Shown here: positions 50,019 through 60,883 of the stretch, piece after piece
How the letters are laid out: the number at the start of each line of letters is the position of its first letter
Position numbering within the stretch: position 1 is the stretch's first letter
Assembly: GCA_002189035.1 (NCBI GenBank)
Contig: NEEC01000007.1
Coordinates: forward strand, 1,240,001 to 1,304,000
DNA length: 64,000 nt
Direction: 5' to 3'
DNA from: Utricularia gibba
Lineage: Eukaryota; Plantae; Magnoliophyta
Made by a program: the position numbers and the translations under genes
The notes under the pieces: model-generated
Databases searched by the model: none
What the model was told of the DNA's origin: nothing
What the model saw: only the letters and a program-made list of their open reading frames with translations

Positions 50019-51481
50019 TCTCCTCCTTCAGAGCAAGAAACCTCAACAGCCAGCAAAAGATACCCTTTTTCACACAAACTCGCACTTTTAACCCCAAAGG
50101 GTTAAACCCTTGGAGGAAACCGGACTCATCTCAACAAATTACGGTTGCAGAAAAAACAAACACGCCACTAAATTGCCAACTTTCCATGCTTACACAAAAA
50201 AGATTGTCTGCCCAAAATTGCGCGGGCGCGTATTCTTTCTCTTGATAAAAACAACCCACTAGGGTTCGGGAACAAATAAAATCCCCAAACCAAAAAAATT
50301 CAAATCCAAACACCGGACGACCAACAAACAATAAAACGGCAAGGAGTTAAAATCACGCACCAGGGAAGAATGGAGAATCCCTTTTAATCCTCCCCCTCGT
50401 TGAAAAGTTTTCAATGGTCAAAATCTTTGACAAGTACCAGATTCGATCGAAAATCCGCGGATTATTACAGAGACATATATCTATTTTGTTGGGTTTACCG
50501 ATTGAATCACAGAGATATGTACATGCTGGCTTTATTTTAGGAAGAATTTATTTAAATAACACCAAATTTTCCTGGTTTGGATAGCGCTGACGCGTCACCC
50601 CCCTGGTCCCATGCTCCGGTGTCCGGTGACCGCCACCCCACTTCCGGCTTCGTCTCCCCACTTTTCTGTCTTTTTAGGATTTATATGCACAATATATATT
50701 AAAAATAAAATTTGTAATTCATTTGGAAAAAATTGTATTTTGAAAATATTTTTTATTGTGTATATTTGATTTAATTGCAAATGTTGTGAGCTAGAAAATA
50801 TTAGGGCACTTTTGTTCACTAAATCTTTAACTTTCATTATAGTCTAATTTACGTAATAAAATACTGTTATGTAAATCATATTAAGTGAAGTGTGAATGTT
50901 AGTTGATTCTTAGAAAGATAGTAGTATTTATTTATTTTATACGATATTATTCATTTTAAATAATTAGATTACGTTATATTTATTTCTATATTAGAAGATT
51001 CTCAATTGTTCATTCATATTTAATTTGGAAATTTCAGTCACGTTCAAAAAAAGTACTTTATATAAAATTTATGTGATTATTTTATTTAATTTTTTTACGA
51101 TCTTTTTATATAACTAATATAGAATTGTGGTAATGGATGTGGACAATTTTTTTGTTATATGACTTTACTTTTTAAGACCAACTCGTCAATGTTTCCGAAA
51201 AATGTCCTTGGGTTTGTATGAACATATCAGTATAGTTAGTTCCATCCATGTCTGTAGCCCGGTTTTGTAGTATGATTTTCTTGACTTGTATTTTCCATTT
51301 CGAATTTCTCATATTTTATTCGGGAAATAATATAAAAAGGTTATTCAAACAACGGTCAAAAGCCGGACGCCATTTCAAAGGGTTGTATCCTGTTGCTTGT
51401 GTTTCCCCATTATCTTCCGCAGCCGCGAACACACGCTCCTGAGGGTTTACTCACTGCCGCAAATTCTCTGTTTCTTTGCTC

Positions 51482-52710
51482 ATGGAAAACTCTGGTTCGG
51501 CTTCCTCGGTTCCTGTTTCCTCTCTTTCCGAGGTAACGAGTGTGGATTTATTCTTATTATGTCAGTATTCTGCGTTCGTATCTCATTGGCTGTTCTTGTT
51601 TTTTTGTTACCTAGAAAAAGGAGAATCTGCTGCCGCCTAGCCCTACGCTCTCGGTAGCATTATTTGATTCTGTGGGTTGTATTCAACTTTATGATTTTAT
51701 TCATGTACTGAATGTGAGTTTTTGCAGGAATTAGCCGAATCGAGGCAGGAGCTAGTCGATAGAATTACGAAGCTGAAGCAGGTCTGTGCTTGTGAAAGCA
51801 GGGGGTTTTGATTATTGGGGATTTCTATGAAAATAACGATGGGGTTGTTAACCGCCATTTTGTTTTGCATCTGTATTTAGGATTTGCAAGGTTGGAGGTC
51901 CAGACTGGATTCTCAAGTACACGTCTACCGTAATGTAAGACGGTCTATGTTCACTGGAAATGTCTGATTAGCTGTCTTCACCTCTAATTTGATGTTTCGC
52001 GCTACGCGGAGATTTATTTCCTGCATTCTGAGCCATATACATTGCTTGGTTTCCGATCTTAAATGTCCCCATTTTTAAGTTATTGGATAGGGAAACTTGA
52101 ATTTGAGTGCTTGGAATTATGAATCTGAGTCACGGTTAAATAATTCCGTAAAAAAAGCTGAGTTTTTGAAGCTTCGCTTTGAATGGTTGCAAGCATCCTC
52201 AACTTCTACTTTCAATCCTGTGTAAAATTAGAATCTCTTTCATTGAAAAGCCTGTGCTTGATTCGTGTTGCCCACTTTGGTTGCATTGTGATCACTACTT
52301 GTTTTTTGTATGTGGCAGGAGCTCTCACAACTGAAGCAGTCACTCAGCACCGAAGTGGACCAGCTCCGAACTGTAGGTGTTCTTACATACATACCCCTTG
52401 AATAATTTTGATTGCCGAATCACTCACAGCATTGGTTTTTTTGTTCAGGAGTTTCAAGAACTTAGAAATGCTCTTCAACAACAGCAAGAAGATGTTACAT
52501 CCAGCCTTAGAAACCTTGGGGTTTGTTCTTCTGCAAAACCATTAAATCTAGCAACAGTATCCAGAAACAGTGTCAAGTTCTTATCATCTATATTCCTTTT
52601 CCGAATTGTTGTAGCTTCTTGATGAGTCTGGAGAAACCAAAGAGGTCAAGGATCCGAAAATTGAGGAAAGCAGCAGAACTTCAGATGCTGCAGAAACCAC
52701 TAATGTTTAG
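51482..52710 (+). CDS. Small coiled-coil protein of unknown function (At4g15790-like), 6 short exons plus a terminal exon
   Basis: Exons splice to MENSGSASSVPVSSLSE / ENLLPPSPTLS / ELAESRQELVDRITKLKQ / DLQGWRSRLDSQVHVYRN / ELSQLKQSLSTEVDQLRT / EFQELRNALQQQQEDVTSSLRNLG / LLDESG...TNV*. Heptad pattern and recalled family motifs. Confidence 0.82.
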
Positions 52711-53125
52711 GTTCTTCTTCTAACCTGTTCCATTGTGTTCTTGATGCTTGGCTCTTTCATCCATTGTAGCTCCGGATGCAGATCCAAACATGCAGGTAGC
52801 CTCTGGCTTTCTTTCTACTAATGAAATATCTAATCTCTGTTTACTGTATTTCTGACAAATGAGGAAGATGATGATCTGATAATAAGTTGTCCATGAATGG
52901 TCGCAATTTTTTAATTGGGAATTTTTACACTGTAAGAAATAAGAGAAAAAAAAAAGGGAAAGGCAAATTTGTATACGGACTGTTGCCATGTGCTTCTGTC
53001 TGGCTCTTGCCGTCAAACCCTGGAAGCGACGCGTTTTGGGCTCTGCATTTGCCCCGAATTTTACGCCGCAAGATCGATCGCATTTCCTAGCTAACAATCA
53101 ATAGCTTCGAGGACCTCGAAACCTG

Positions 53126-54487
53126 ATGCTGGATCGGGTCCTCACCCGTCGCCAGGAATGGCAACTCCACCGTTTTCTCAACAGGGGTAAGCTAACGCTT
53201 TTCTGTCTCCTTCTCACTATCCTAGTGTTGCGGGCGAATTTCGGTGCCGGGAGATTCGGTACGCCGGAGAAGGATCTCAATGAGATCCGGGAAACCCTCT
53301 CCTATATGCGCCGCCGCGCCGAGCCTCGCCGTGTTTTGGAGGAGGTATCCGAGACGGAGCGGAAAGCGAGTGATGGGATTCATAGTTATGCCGACTTTGA
53401 CGTGAGGAAGATTTTCAAGGATGAGGATGATGGGGTTCAGGAGTTCAAGAGGGATTCTTCTAAGCCGTACACACTGGGCCCAAAGATCACAGATTGGGAT
53501 CGGCAGAGGGATGAATGGCTGAAGAATAACCCTAGGTTTCCCAATTATTTGAATCATTACAAGCCTCGGGTTTTATTGGTCACAGGTTCTTCACCCAAGC
53601 CGTGTGAGAATCCTGTAGGTGATCATTACTTGTTGAAGTCAATAAAGAACAAGATTGATTACTGTAGGGTTCATGGGATTGAGATTTTCTACAATATGGC
53701 TTTGCTTGATGCTGAAATGTCAGGTTTCTGGGCGAAGCTGCCATTGATTCGAACGCTTCTGCTGTCACATCCAGAGGTTGAGTTCCTGTGGTGGATGGAT
53801 AGTGATGCAATGTTTACCGATATGGCATTTGAGTTGCCATGGGAGAGATACAAGGATCACAATTTAGTGATGCACGGTTGGGATGAGAAGGTTTACGATC
53901 ATAAGAACTGGGTCGGTTTAAACACTGGAAGTTTCTTGTTGAGAAATTGCCAGTGGTCATTGGATCTTCTTGACACCTTGGCTCCAATGGGACCAAAGGG
54001 AAAAGTCAGAGAGGATGCTGGGAAGCTTCTGACAAAGGAGCTTCTTGGAAGGCCTGTTTTCGAGGCTGATGATCAGAGTGCCATGGTGTATGTACTTGCA
54101 ACACAGAAGGAGAGATGGGCTGAAAAGGTTTATCTTGAAAGCGCTTACTATTTGCATGGCTATTGGGGAATATTGGTCGATCGATATGAAGAGATGATCG
54201 AGAACTATCACCCTGGCTTTGGTGATCACCGGTGGCCACTCGTCACTCACTTTGTGGGGTGCAAGCCTTGTGGCAAAGTTGGGGATTATTCAGTGGAGCG
54301 ATGCTTTAAGCAGATGGATCGTGCGTTCAACTTCGGGGATAACCAGATTCTACAAATGTATGGCTTCACCCACAAATCCCTGTCTAGCAGGAAAGTGATT
54401 CGGTTCAGGAACGATACCAGCAATCCTCTCCAACAGAAAGATGAACTTGGTTTGCTTCATCCTTCATTCAAAGCAATAAATGTGTAG
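53126..54487 (+). CDS. XXT: Xyloglucan 6-xylosyltransferase (GT34, XXT1/XXT2 type), intronless, 453 aa
   Basis: Type-II TM anchor, GAGRFGTPEKD, GDHYLLKSIKNKIDYCRVHG, WWMDSDAMFTD, HRWPLVTHFVGCKPC. Confidence 0.96.
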   Translation: MLDRVLTRRQEWQLHRFLNRGKLTLFCLLLTILVLRANFGAGRFGTPEKDLNEIRETLSYMRRRAEPRRVLEEVSETERKASDGIHSYADFDVRKIFKDEDDGVQEFKRDSSKPYTLGPKITDWDRQRDEWLKNNPRFPNYLNHYKPRVLLVTGSSPKPCENPVGDHYLLKSIKNKIDYCRVHGIEIFYNMALLDAEMSGFWAKLPLIRTLLLSHPEVEFLWWMDSDAMFTDMAFELPWERYKDHNLVMHGWDEKVYDHKNWVGLNTGSFLLRNCQWSLDLLDTLAPMGPKGKVREDAGKLLTKELLGRPVFEADDQSAMVYVLATQKERWAEKVYLESAYYLHGYWGILVDRYEEMIENYHPGFGDHRWPLVTHFVGCKPCGKVGDYSVERCFKQMDRAFNFGDNQILQMYGFTHKSLSSRKVIRFRNDTSNPLQQKDELGLLHPSFKAINV

Positions 54488-54811
54488 TTCTTTTCCCAAA
54501 TCAAGATTTGATTTGTTTGCTTCAAACTTGTAACCTCGTGTCATTTATTCCTTGTTAGAGATTGCAAATTTGTGGCATTGCAATCATTTGTTTGTCTTTT
54601 GCTTTTCTGGAGTGACAAAATAAGAACCTATTGAAACAATTCTAGATTTCCATTGTTGCCCATATCGACATTGTAGTGAACACAATTGGCTTCTTTCAAT
54701 AAAACGGATCTGTCTTTCTGTTTTGTCGATTTTCATGTAAAATGGCAACAGAAAGGAGGCCAGGTAAATAGTCTGTTGTCAAAATCTCTAGTTTGTATCC
54801 AACTGCATAAT

Positions 54812-57444
54812 CTAATCATTCTTGGTCTGTGACAGGAATTTGCTCAATCTGAACTTGGCTATCGATACAACGACCAAAGCAGCAAGCTGGAGCTGGTCTA
54901 AATGCCGTATCTTCAGTGAAAACAGCCTGCTCGGCTTCTCCTCATTCAAGTCTGTGGATATGTTGATAACTGGCATCTTACCAACAGATAACCGATACTC
55001 AGATTTGCTGCAAACTATGAGGTTAATATCGTTGTACGACGCCCTTCCAACTTCAAGCTTCACAGGCTCTTGGAACTGCTTGAGTTCGTAAACATCATTG
55101 TACTGAACGTCCTCTCCTTGGTAAGAACCTGATAAACTGCCAGTGAACTTGAGATCCTGGGAAGGTTCGGAAAGAACGTTTTTTGGTAATGCTGGAGGAA
55201 AAAATGATGGAGACTTTGAACCATTCTCAGTTCCAACCAGCGAGTGCACTTTTGATAGAGTCTTAGTTATGTAACAGAAGTCCAGCAGCTCTGACCTCCA
55301 GTGAGGTACCTTTTCTGCAGATCCCTCTACCTTCGAGGAATGGTTTTCCACCAAGCAAACAGGGACTGCAGAAGGAGGGCTATTCCAAACATCAAGCCCT
55401 GCAGAAGCGGCACTGATAAGTCTTTGAAGAATCTGAGACCTCTGGCTGACGAACTCTTCATCACTGAGAGGAAATTCATTAGCCCCATGAGGGGATTCTG
55501 AGGAAGCATGAGTCAAAACAACAACACTTTTCTTCCATATCTCGGGACCAAGATGGGTAGTAATTGACTTCATCAGGATCATATCATCATTATAGTTCAT
55601 TGGCATGTCCAAACGATCAACATAGAGGACAACATCTGGCTTTGATTTCGAGATCACTTTACTGATCCATGACAGATACATTCGGTTCAAGTGTTGGTCT
55701 GTTCGAGAAGTTCTAAGACCAGGGGTGTCAAACATACTCAACTTGACACCACCAATCATGCCAGTAACCTCTAGGACTTCTTTTGTTGTAGGCTTAAAAG
55801 CATCAACTCCACTCTTGTTTTCCCCGAAAACAGAGTTAATCGTTGCACTCTTTCCTACTCCAGTTTTCCCAATAACCAGTATGGATAATGAGATCTTCAT
55901 GCCATGTTTCCCATGCGCTTCAGGCTCTATGAATGCCGTGTTATCAGCACTGAAGTTGGCAGCCTTGAACAAAGACCTAGACTCTGCAATTTTCAGCCAG
56001 TTTAAGACCTCAGACGCCATGTAATCCTTGGGAGAATGGTCCACAATGTTCAGCAGATCACATATCTTGTGTAACTTGTCCAGCCTTTCTTCCTCTTCAT
56101 CCCTTGAATCACTACAGGAACCAGTAATTGAGGGCTGCACCAGCATTCTGGGATTCATTGCTTCAGCAATCATTCTTGTTGCGAGGATCATGCAGCTGGG
56201 ATTATTGAAGTGGTCCTCTGGAGAGAAATCCTCCGCCTGGTGAATCGACATAGATCCTCCGATCTCCTCGAAAACAGGACACAGTGCATTAGATTCAGTT
56301 ACTTCACTCAGACGATCCTCCTCCTCTGTACAACAGGTCACAAACTGATCATCGACGCCTCTAAGTCCAGGTTCTTCTTCAGCTGTCAGTAACTTTTCAC
56401 ACTCTTCGTACAAGAATCCAACTTCGACTGCTGAATCAGAAGGAAGATGAATGGACTCTGCATGCTTATCCAGATCCACATACTCTGTATCACTTTCTGG
56501 AACTTGATGCTCTTCAGTGGCATCTGAGTTATGCTCCATGATTTTCTCAGCAACCGAAGAAACCGAAGAAACATGGCTATTTTCTATATCCAACTTCATT
56601 CCTTCCAAACCATTAGGTTCAGGCTCGCTAGAATCGGATTCCAAAGTTCCGACTTTTGGGCAGAATCCAGTCGCTCCATAATCACATCACTGGGTATTCC
56701 TAAGGGAGAGGAGACACCTTCTTCTTCTTCCTCCTCTTCTTCTTCAAACACCTCACTGCCATGGGAATCCCCATCGATATCGCATGATATCCGAGCAATC
56801 GGAGCTCGAAATTCTCCAGAAGAAGAAACTCGGCCAGCCTCTGGGAACGTCTGGTCATTCTCCAGAGAATCTCCATCTGCAGCAAGACGAGCAAGAGGCC
56901 TATGATTGGACCCATTCAAAGATGGAGGATCCTCCTTCTCTACCAGCTTTTCTCCAGTCTCGCTACTATCATCACTCCATTCACCATCAGTGCTTTCTTC
57001 TTGCTTTCTTACACGAATCCTTAAAGACTCATTCGCAAAACTTGCTCGAGCAAATGCTTCATTTTGGTTTCTTCCAGAAAAGCCATACATGTGCCTGTCG
57101 TTCTCCTCTTTGGCGGCGCCCTCTCCTGGATCAACAATAAATGGCTTAGATATGCGTACTTGGAGAAAGTGAGTTTCTTGGACAGTTTTCTCATCTGGGT
57201 CATTCTCAAACGCCGATTCGAAGACGTTCCCGGTACCGTCGTCGCCGCTTACAGAACCGTCAATGCTACCAATGTACTCGTCACTACTCAAGCCATCTCT
57301 AGGGCTGCTTCCTGGAGAATCTCGGTCAACAGTCACCGGCGCTCGAATGCTAAAAGATGCGGCGCGAAGAGGCAGCATATCTGGAACTGAAAGCGGAGGC
57401 GCTGCCGCGGAAGCCGACTCCATGAAAAAGGTTGAAAGATTCAA
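54812..57444 (-). CDS. TOC159-family (AIG1-type) GTPase-like protein with acidic N-domain and strongly shortened membrane domain; intronless; one apparent frameshift near 56643-56648
   Basis: Acidic A-domain, G1 GKTGVGKSATINS, G3 DTPG, PDVVLYVDRLD, G4 VLTHA, LVENH and W..ELL..CY. C-terminal LDQLQLAALVVVSIAK resembles the TOC159 end (SDQLQIALTAILPIA). Repaired length is 877 aa. Confidence 0.85.
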
Positions 57445-57677
57445 ACTTTAAACTACCCCCTCTTTTCTGTACATTTGAAAAAACAGAAAGATAATTGGAT
57501 CCCCAGTTCCATAGACAAAGATTCCAACTTCACAACACTGCTCCCCCTTTTGGGATTTGCTTCCTAAAACCTTCCCGGTGGTTTTCTTTCAAACTTGTGG
57601 TGGGATGGAAGTTTCATTCCATCTTCTCCGAGGTGTGCATCTCCATCTTGGCGGTCTCTTCACCTTGTATTCTTCAT

Positions 57678-57694
57678 CACGCGTGTGGCACGTG
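57678..57694. promoter_or_regulatory. CACGCGTG palindrome and G-box CACGTG in the 489-bp divergent spacer
   Basis: Motifs read at 57678-57685 and 57689-57694, between head-to-head ATGs at 57444 (-) and 57934 (+). Function is inferred only. Confidence 0.45.
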
Positions 57695-57933
57695 ATCTTG
57701 TCTGCCAATAGCCAAATACAATCCACACAGTAAAACTTAGGCCTAAGGAATTTTGGATTCAATGGAGTAGGGAGAAGAAGATGCTTCATTCTTTAGATCT
57801 TGAGTTTAACTCGCAATTATTAATGCTTAATCATTGTGCCCGTTGAGTTTTCTGGATAAAGTTTCCGTTTTTCTAGATGTTTTCGATTTCTTCTCATTGA
57901 CTGTAGGGTTTAGTGTAGACTCTTGATGGAAAA

Positions 57934-60197
57934 ATGGCCGCTTTGCCTTGCGGAGCTGCCGGTTCCTTCCGAAGTCGGTTCACCGTGAGGGTTAGCAGAG
58001 TAAATTGCGTTTCTTCTGCATTCTTTGATCGATCCACGGGAAGGAGAAACCACCTACGTCCCAAAATTCTCAAAATCCTGAAGGAACCGATTGTCCCCAA
58101 GGTGCCGGATGCAGAATCGATAGATCCCATCTGTTCGCCGCCCGTTGACGGGCTTGGCGCGATTGAAGAAGTGGGGGAGTTTGAGAAATTGGAACCCGTG
58201 AAGGAAGTCGAGAGTACTGTAAAATCGATGGAAGGTGATGTTTCGACGCTTGATTGGCTGAATCCCGGTTTAAGAGCTGAAATGTTGGCTAGGGAGGAAC
58301 ATTTTTCATTCTGGAAATACGGGCTTTTTTTAGTTGGTGCGTTTTTGTTCCAGACACTGTATACTGCAGTATTAGTTGATGGTAATGGTTCTCGAAGGAT
58401 TGATGAGAACGAGAGGAATTCAGTTTATGACATGGGAAGGAATGGAAAAGAGAAGTCTGTGAATGATTTGGAAATCGAAAAGAAGATTAAGGAAATTCGG
58501 GCTATGGCTAAGGAGGCCAGGGACATGGAAAGACTAGAGTTGGACGGAAAGGAAGATGATGGCTTGAAGTTTCGTAAAAGTGGTATAGAAGAGGAGGTCA
58601 ATAATCGTTTGAACTTGTTAAAAAAGAGGCTAGAAAATTCTCGTGCACATGATTCAGCAGCATCAATTGCGGATGATAACGTGAGCCTGGGAGTGGAGGA
58701 ACTTTTATTGAAGTACAGTTCCAGAGCTCGACCCTTGTCCAAAGCAAAGGGCTTTATGGTTCCACATAAAAGGAAGTCAAGCGAATCTCGCAAAACTAGG
58801 AATAGGGAGAACGAATCCAGATTAAATCAAAGAAATAGTAGTGACGGTGTTGCTGAAGGTAATGGAGAGGACCAGAACGACGAGTTGGAACATGGGAATT
58901 CTGATGTATCTGTTGAAGAGGATGGAAAACGCATGCCCGTGATCCAATCCACCATGAATTCAAGGAAAACGGTGAACAAAGAATCTGTACCGAGTAGAGG
59001 AGGAAGAGGAGATGATGCATTGAAATCTAAGGTGATAAATGGTAGCGGCTGACTACTTACATCTGTTTTTCATGTCTTCTTAAATATCGTTTCAAATTTT
59101 TTTTGATGCTTCCATAAGACGCTTGCCCACCCGAACTACTTACCTGCCTAAAAGTACCTTGAAGCGCTTCAAAAAAAAGTGGCGTTGTTGTGCTCATCAA
59201 CTTCATCCTACCGAACAGGAATTGATGAGGAAAAGAATGTGAAGCCAAGTCCTGAAGTTGTTGAGTCAGGAATAGTCCAAAATGATGCTACATATTCTGG
59301 AAAATCTCAGAACTGGGAAGCTCCCCAGAATAATGTTCTGCACGGCCCTTCTGGATTGACAAGCAGAGACTTAGGCTCAGAAGCTGCAGGTCTCGGTGAA
59401 GGTAAGGGGGGATTTTGGTGGTCGAATCTCCCCTATGTTCTGGTAAGTTGTTGCAACTAATAAAGTTTCAGTTTTTTTCCTTCCTATATATTTCTCTGTG
59501 GCTTCTTTTCAATTTTATTTTTCTGTAGTCTGTGACTTGTGAGAATTTCAACAATGCTAAATTTAAGCCATACTTTGTAGTGCTGGTGTTTTATATTGAT
59601 GTTTTCTGGTAAAATAAGGCACTTGCAGTTTTTTTTTTTGGCTTGTAAAAAGCAGGGATGCTTTTTGTGACTTCAACTTATCGATGGCTTGACACCTGGA
59701 AAACTAAAATACGAAACTAAGAAAACACTATCAATCCTTGATGAAATGCTAGGTGATGACACTTCATCAATGCAGGTGATTCATATGTGCAAAGGCGTTG
59801 ATGGTGAAGATGGAGAAGGACTGTACACATTGAAGTCCCTTTCTGACGCAGAAGATCAAATATCTCATATGGTTGCCTTTGAGGACCGTACAGATGCCAT
59901 CAATTACTGTTATTTGCTGCAATCCTTTTTCGAAGATACAAATGACTGTAGTTTAGGTGTTGTCCCGTTGCCTGTAAAGGTAAGGCTGATGTTTCATTTT
60001 ATTAGCATGTGACTGCTTCCAGTAATGTAGCCTCTGCCAAGATATTGAACCGTTTTGATCTTTAGGAACTGATTGAAGGGGTGGACTCTGGTGCTGTTAC
60101 CGCGTTTGTGGTTAAGAAGGGAGCACTTGATCTTTATGCAGGGCAACCCTTTGCTGATGCTGAAATGGCATTACGTCATTTGGCAGAGCAACGCTGA
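57934..60197 (+). CDS. Plastid-targeted protein of unknown function (At4g15820-like, related to the EMB1703 C-terminus), 4 exons
   Basis: Transit peptide with RRNHLRPKILKIL, a TM segment, KIKEIRAMAKEAR, FWWSNLPYVL, HMVAFEDRTDAINYCYLLQSFFED and VVKKGALDLYAGQPFADAEMALR...QR*. Confidence 0.85.
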
Positions 60198-60883
60198 ACA
60201 TGGAGAAGGTTTCTCATTTTTGACAGAAATTTGAAGGGCAGCAGCTTTCCTTCTCAGAATTGAGTTTTTTCTAGCTTCTTTGGCATTCCTGTTCTTTGGG
60301 AAGTTTGGCGCATGGGATTTTGTGAATTCTAGAATTGGTATCGAATCCAGTTGCTTATGTATCTTTCTGCAACCACACTGACATAAGGGAAGAGATTAGC
60401 ACCTCGGAGGATCGCTCTGTAATATCACAAACACGTTCTTAGCTTCCTTAAAGTCTCCACCTTTCACCAATGTTCACCGTCATCGGGAAAAAGGGTATCT
60501 ATTGTAGAGGTTGCAGAGGGTCTGAATAGCAGGAGCATGCAATCTATCGGAAATGAGGCAGGAACAAACCAAGACCATCTTTTTTTCTCATCAATCGCCT
60601 CTGTTGTACTTGTAACCAGCGCCCCGCATGGAGGGTGCTTCTGGGTAGTGGGGGAAGAAAGGCAAGAATTTGCGGAACATCTTGGGGCGATGCTGCGAGG
60701 AGACGACGCCAAGAACAACTCTGCGATAAATGGAAGTGTCAATGGGTACAATAAAAAAAAAGAAAGAAAAAGAAGAAGAAGACTTGTGGGTACCATTAGT
60801 CATTTAAAGGGAAGGTCAGAAAGCTTTTAAATTTTCGTGAAACCGGGAAATAACCAGTTCTCAGAACTCTCGAAACTCTCGAA

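Noticed and set aside
50095-50112. Palindrome AAGGGTT-A-AACCCTT resembling a telobox in the TPC leader
   Set aside because: A single imperfect telobox; insufficient evidence of function.
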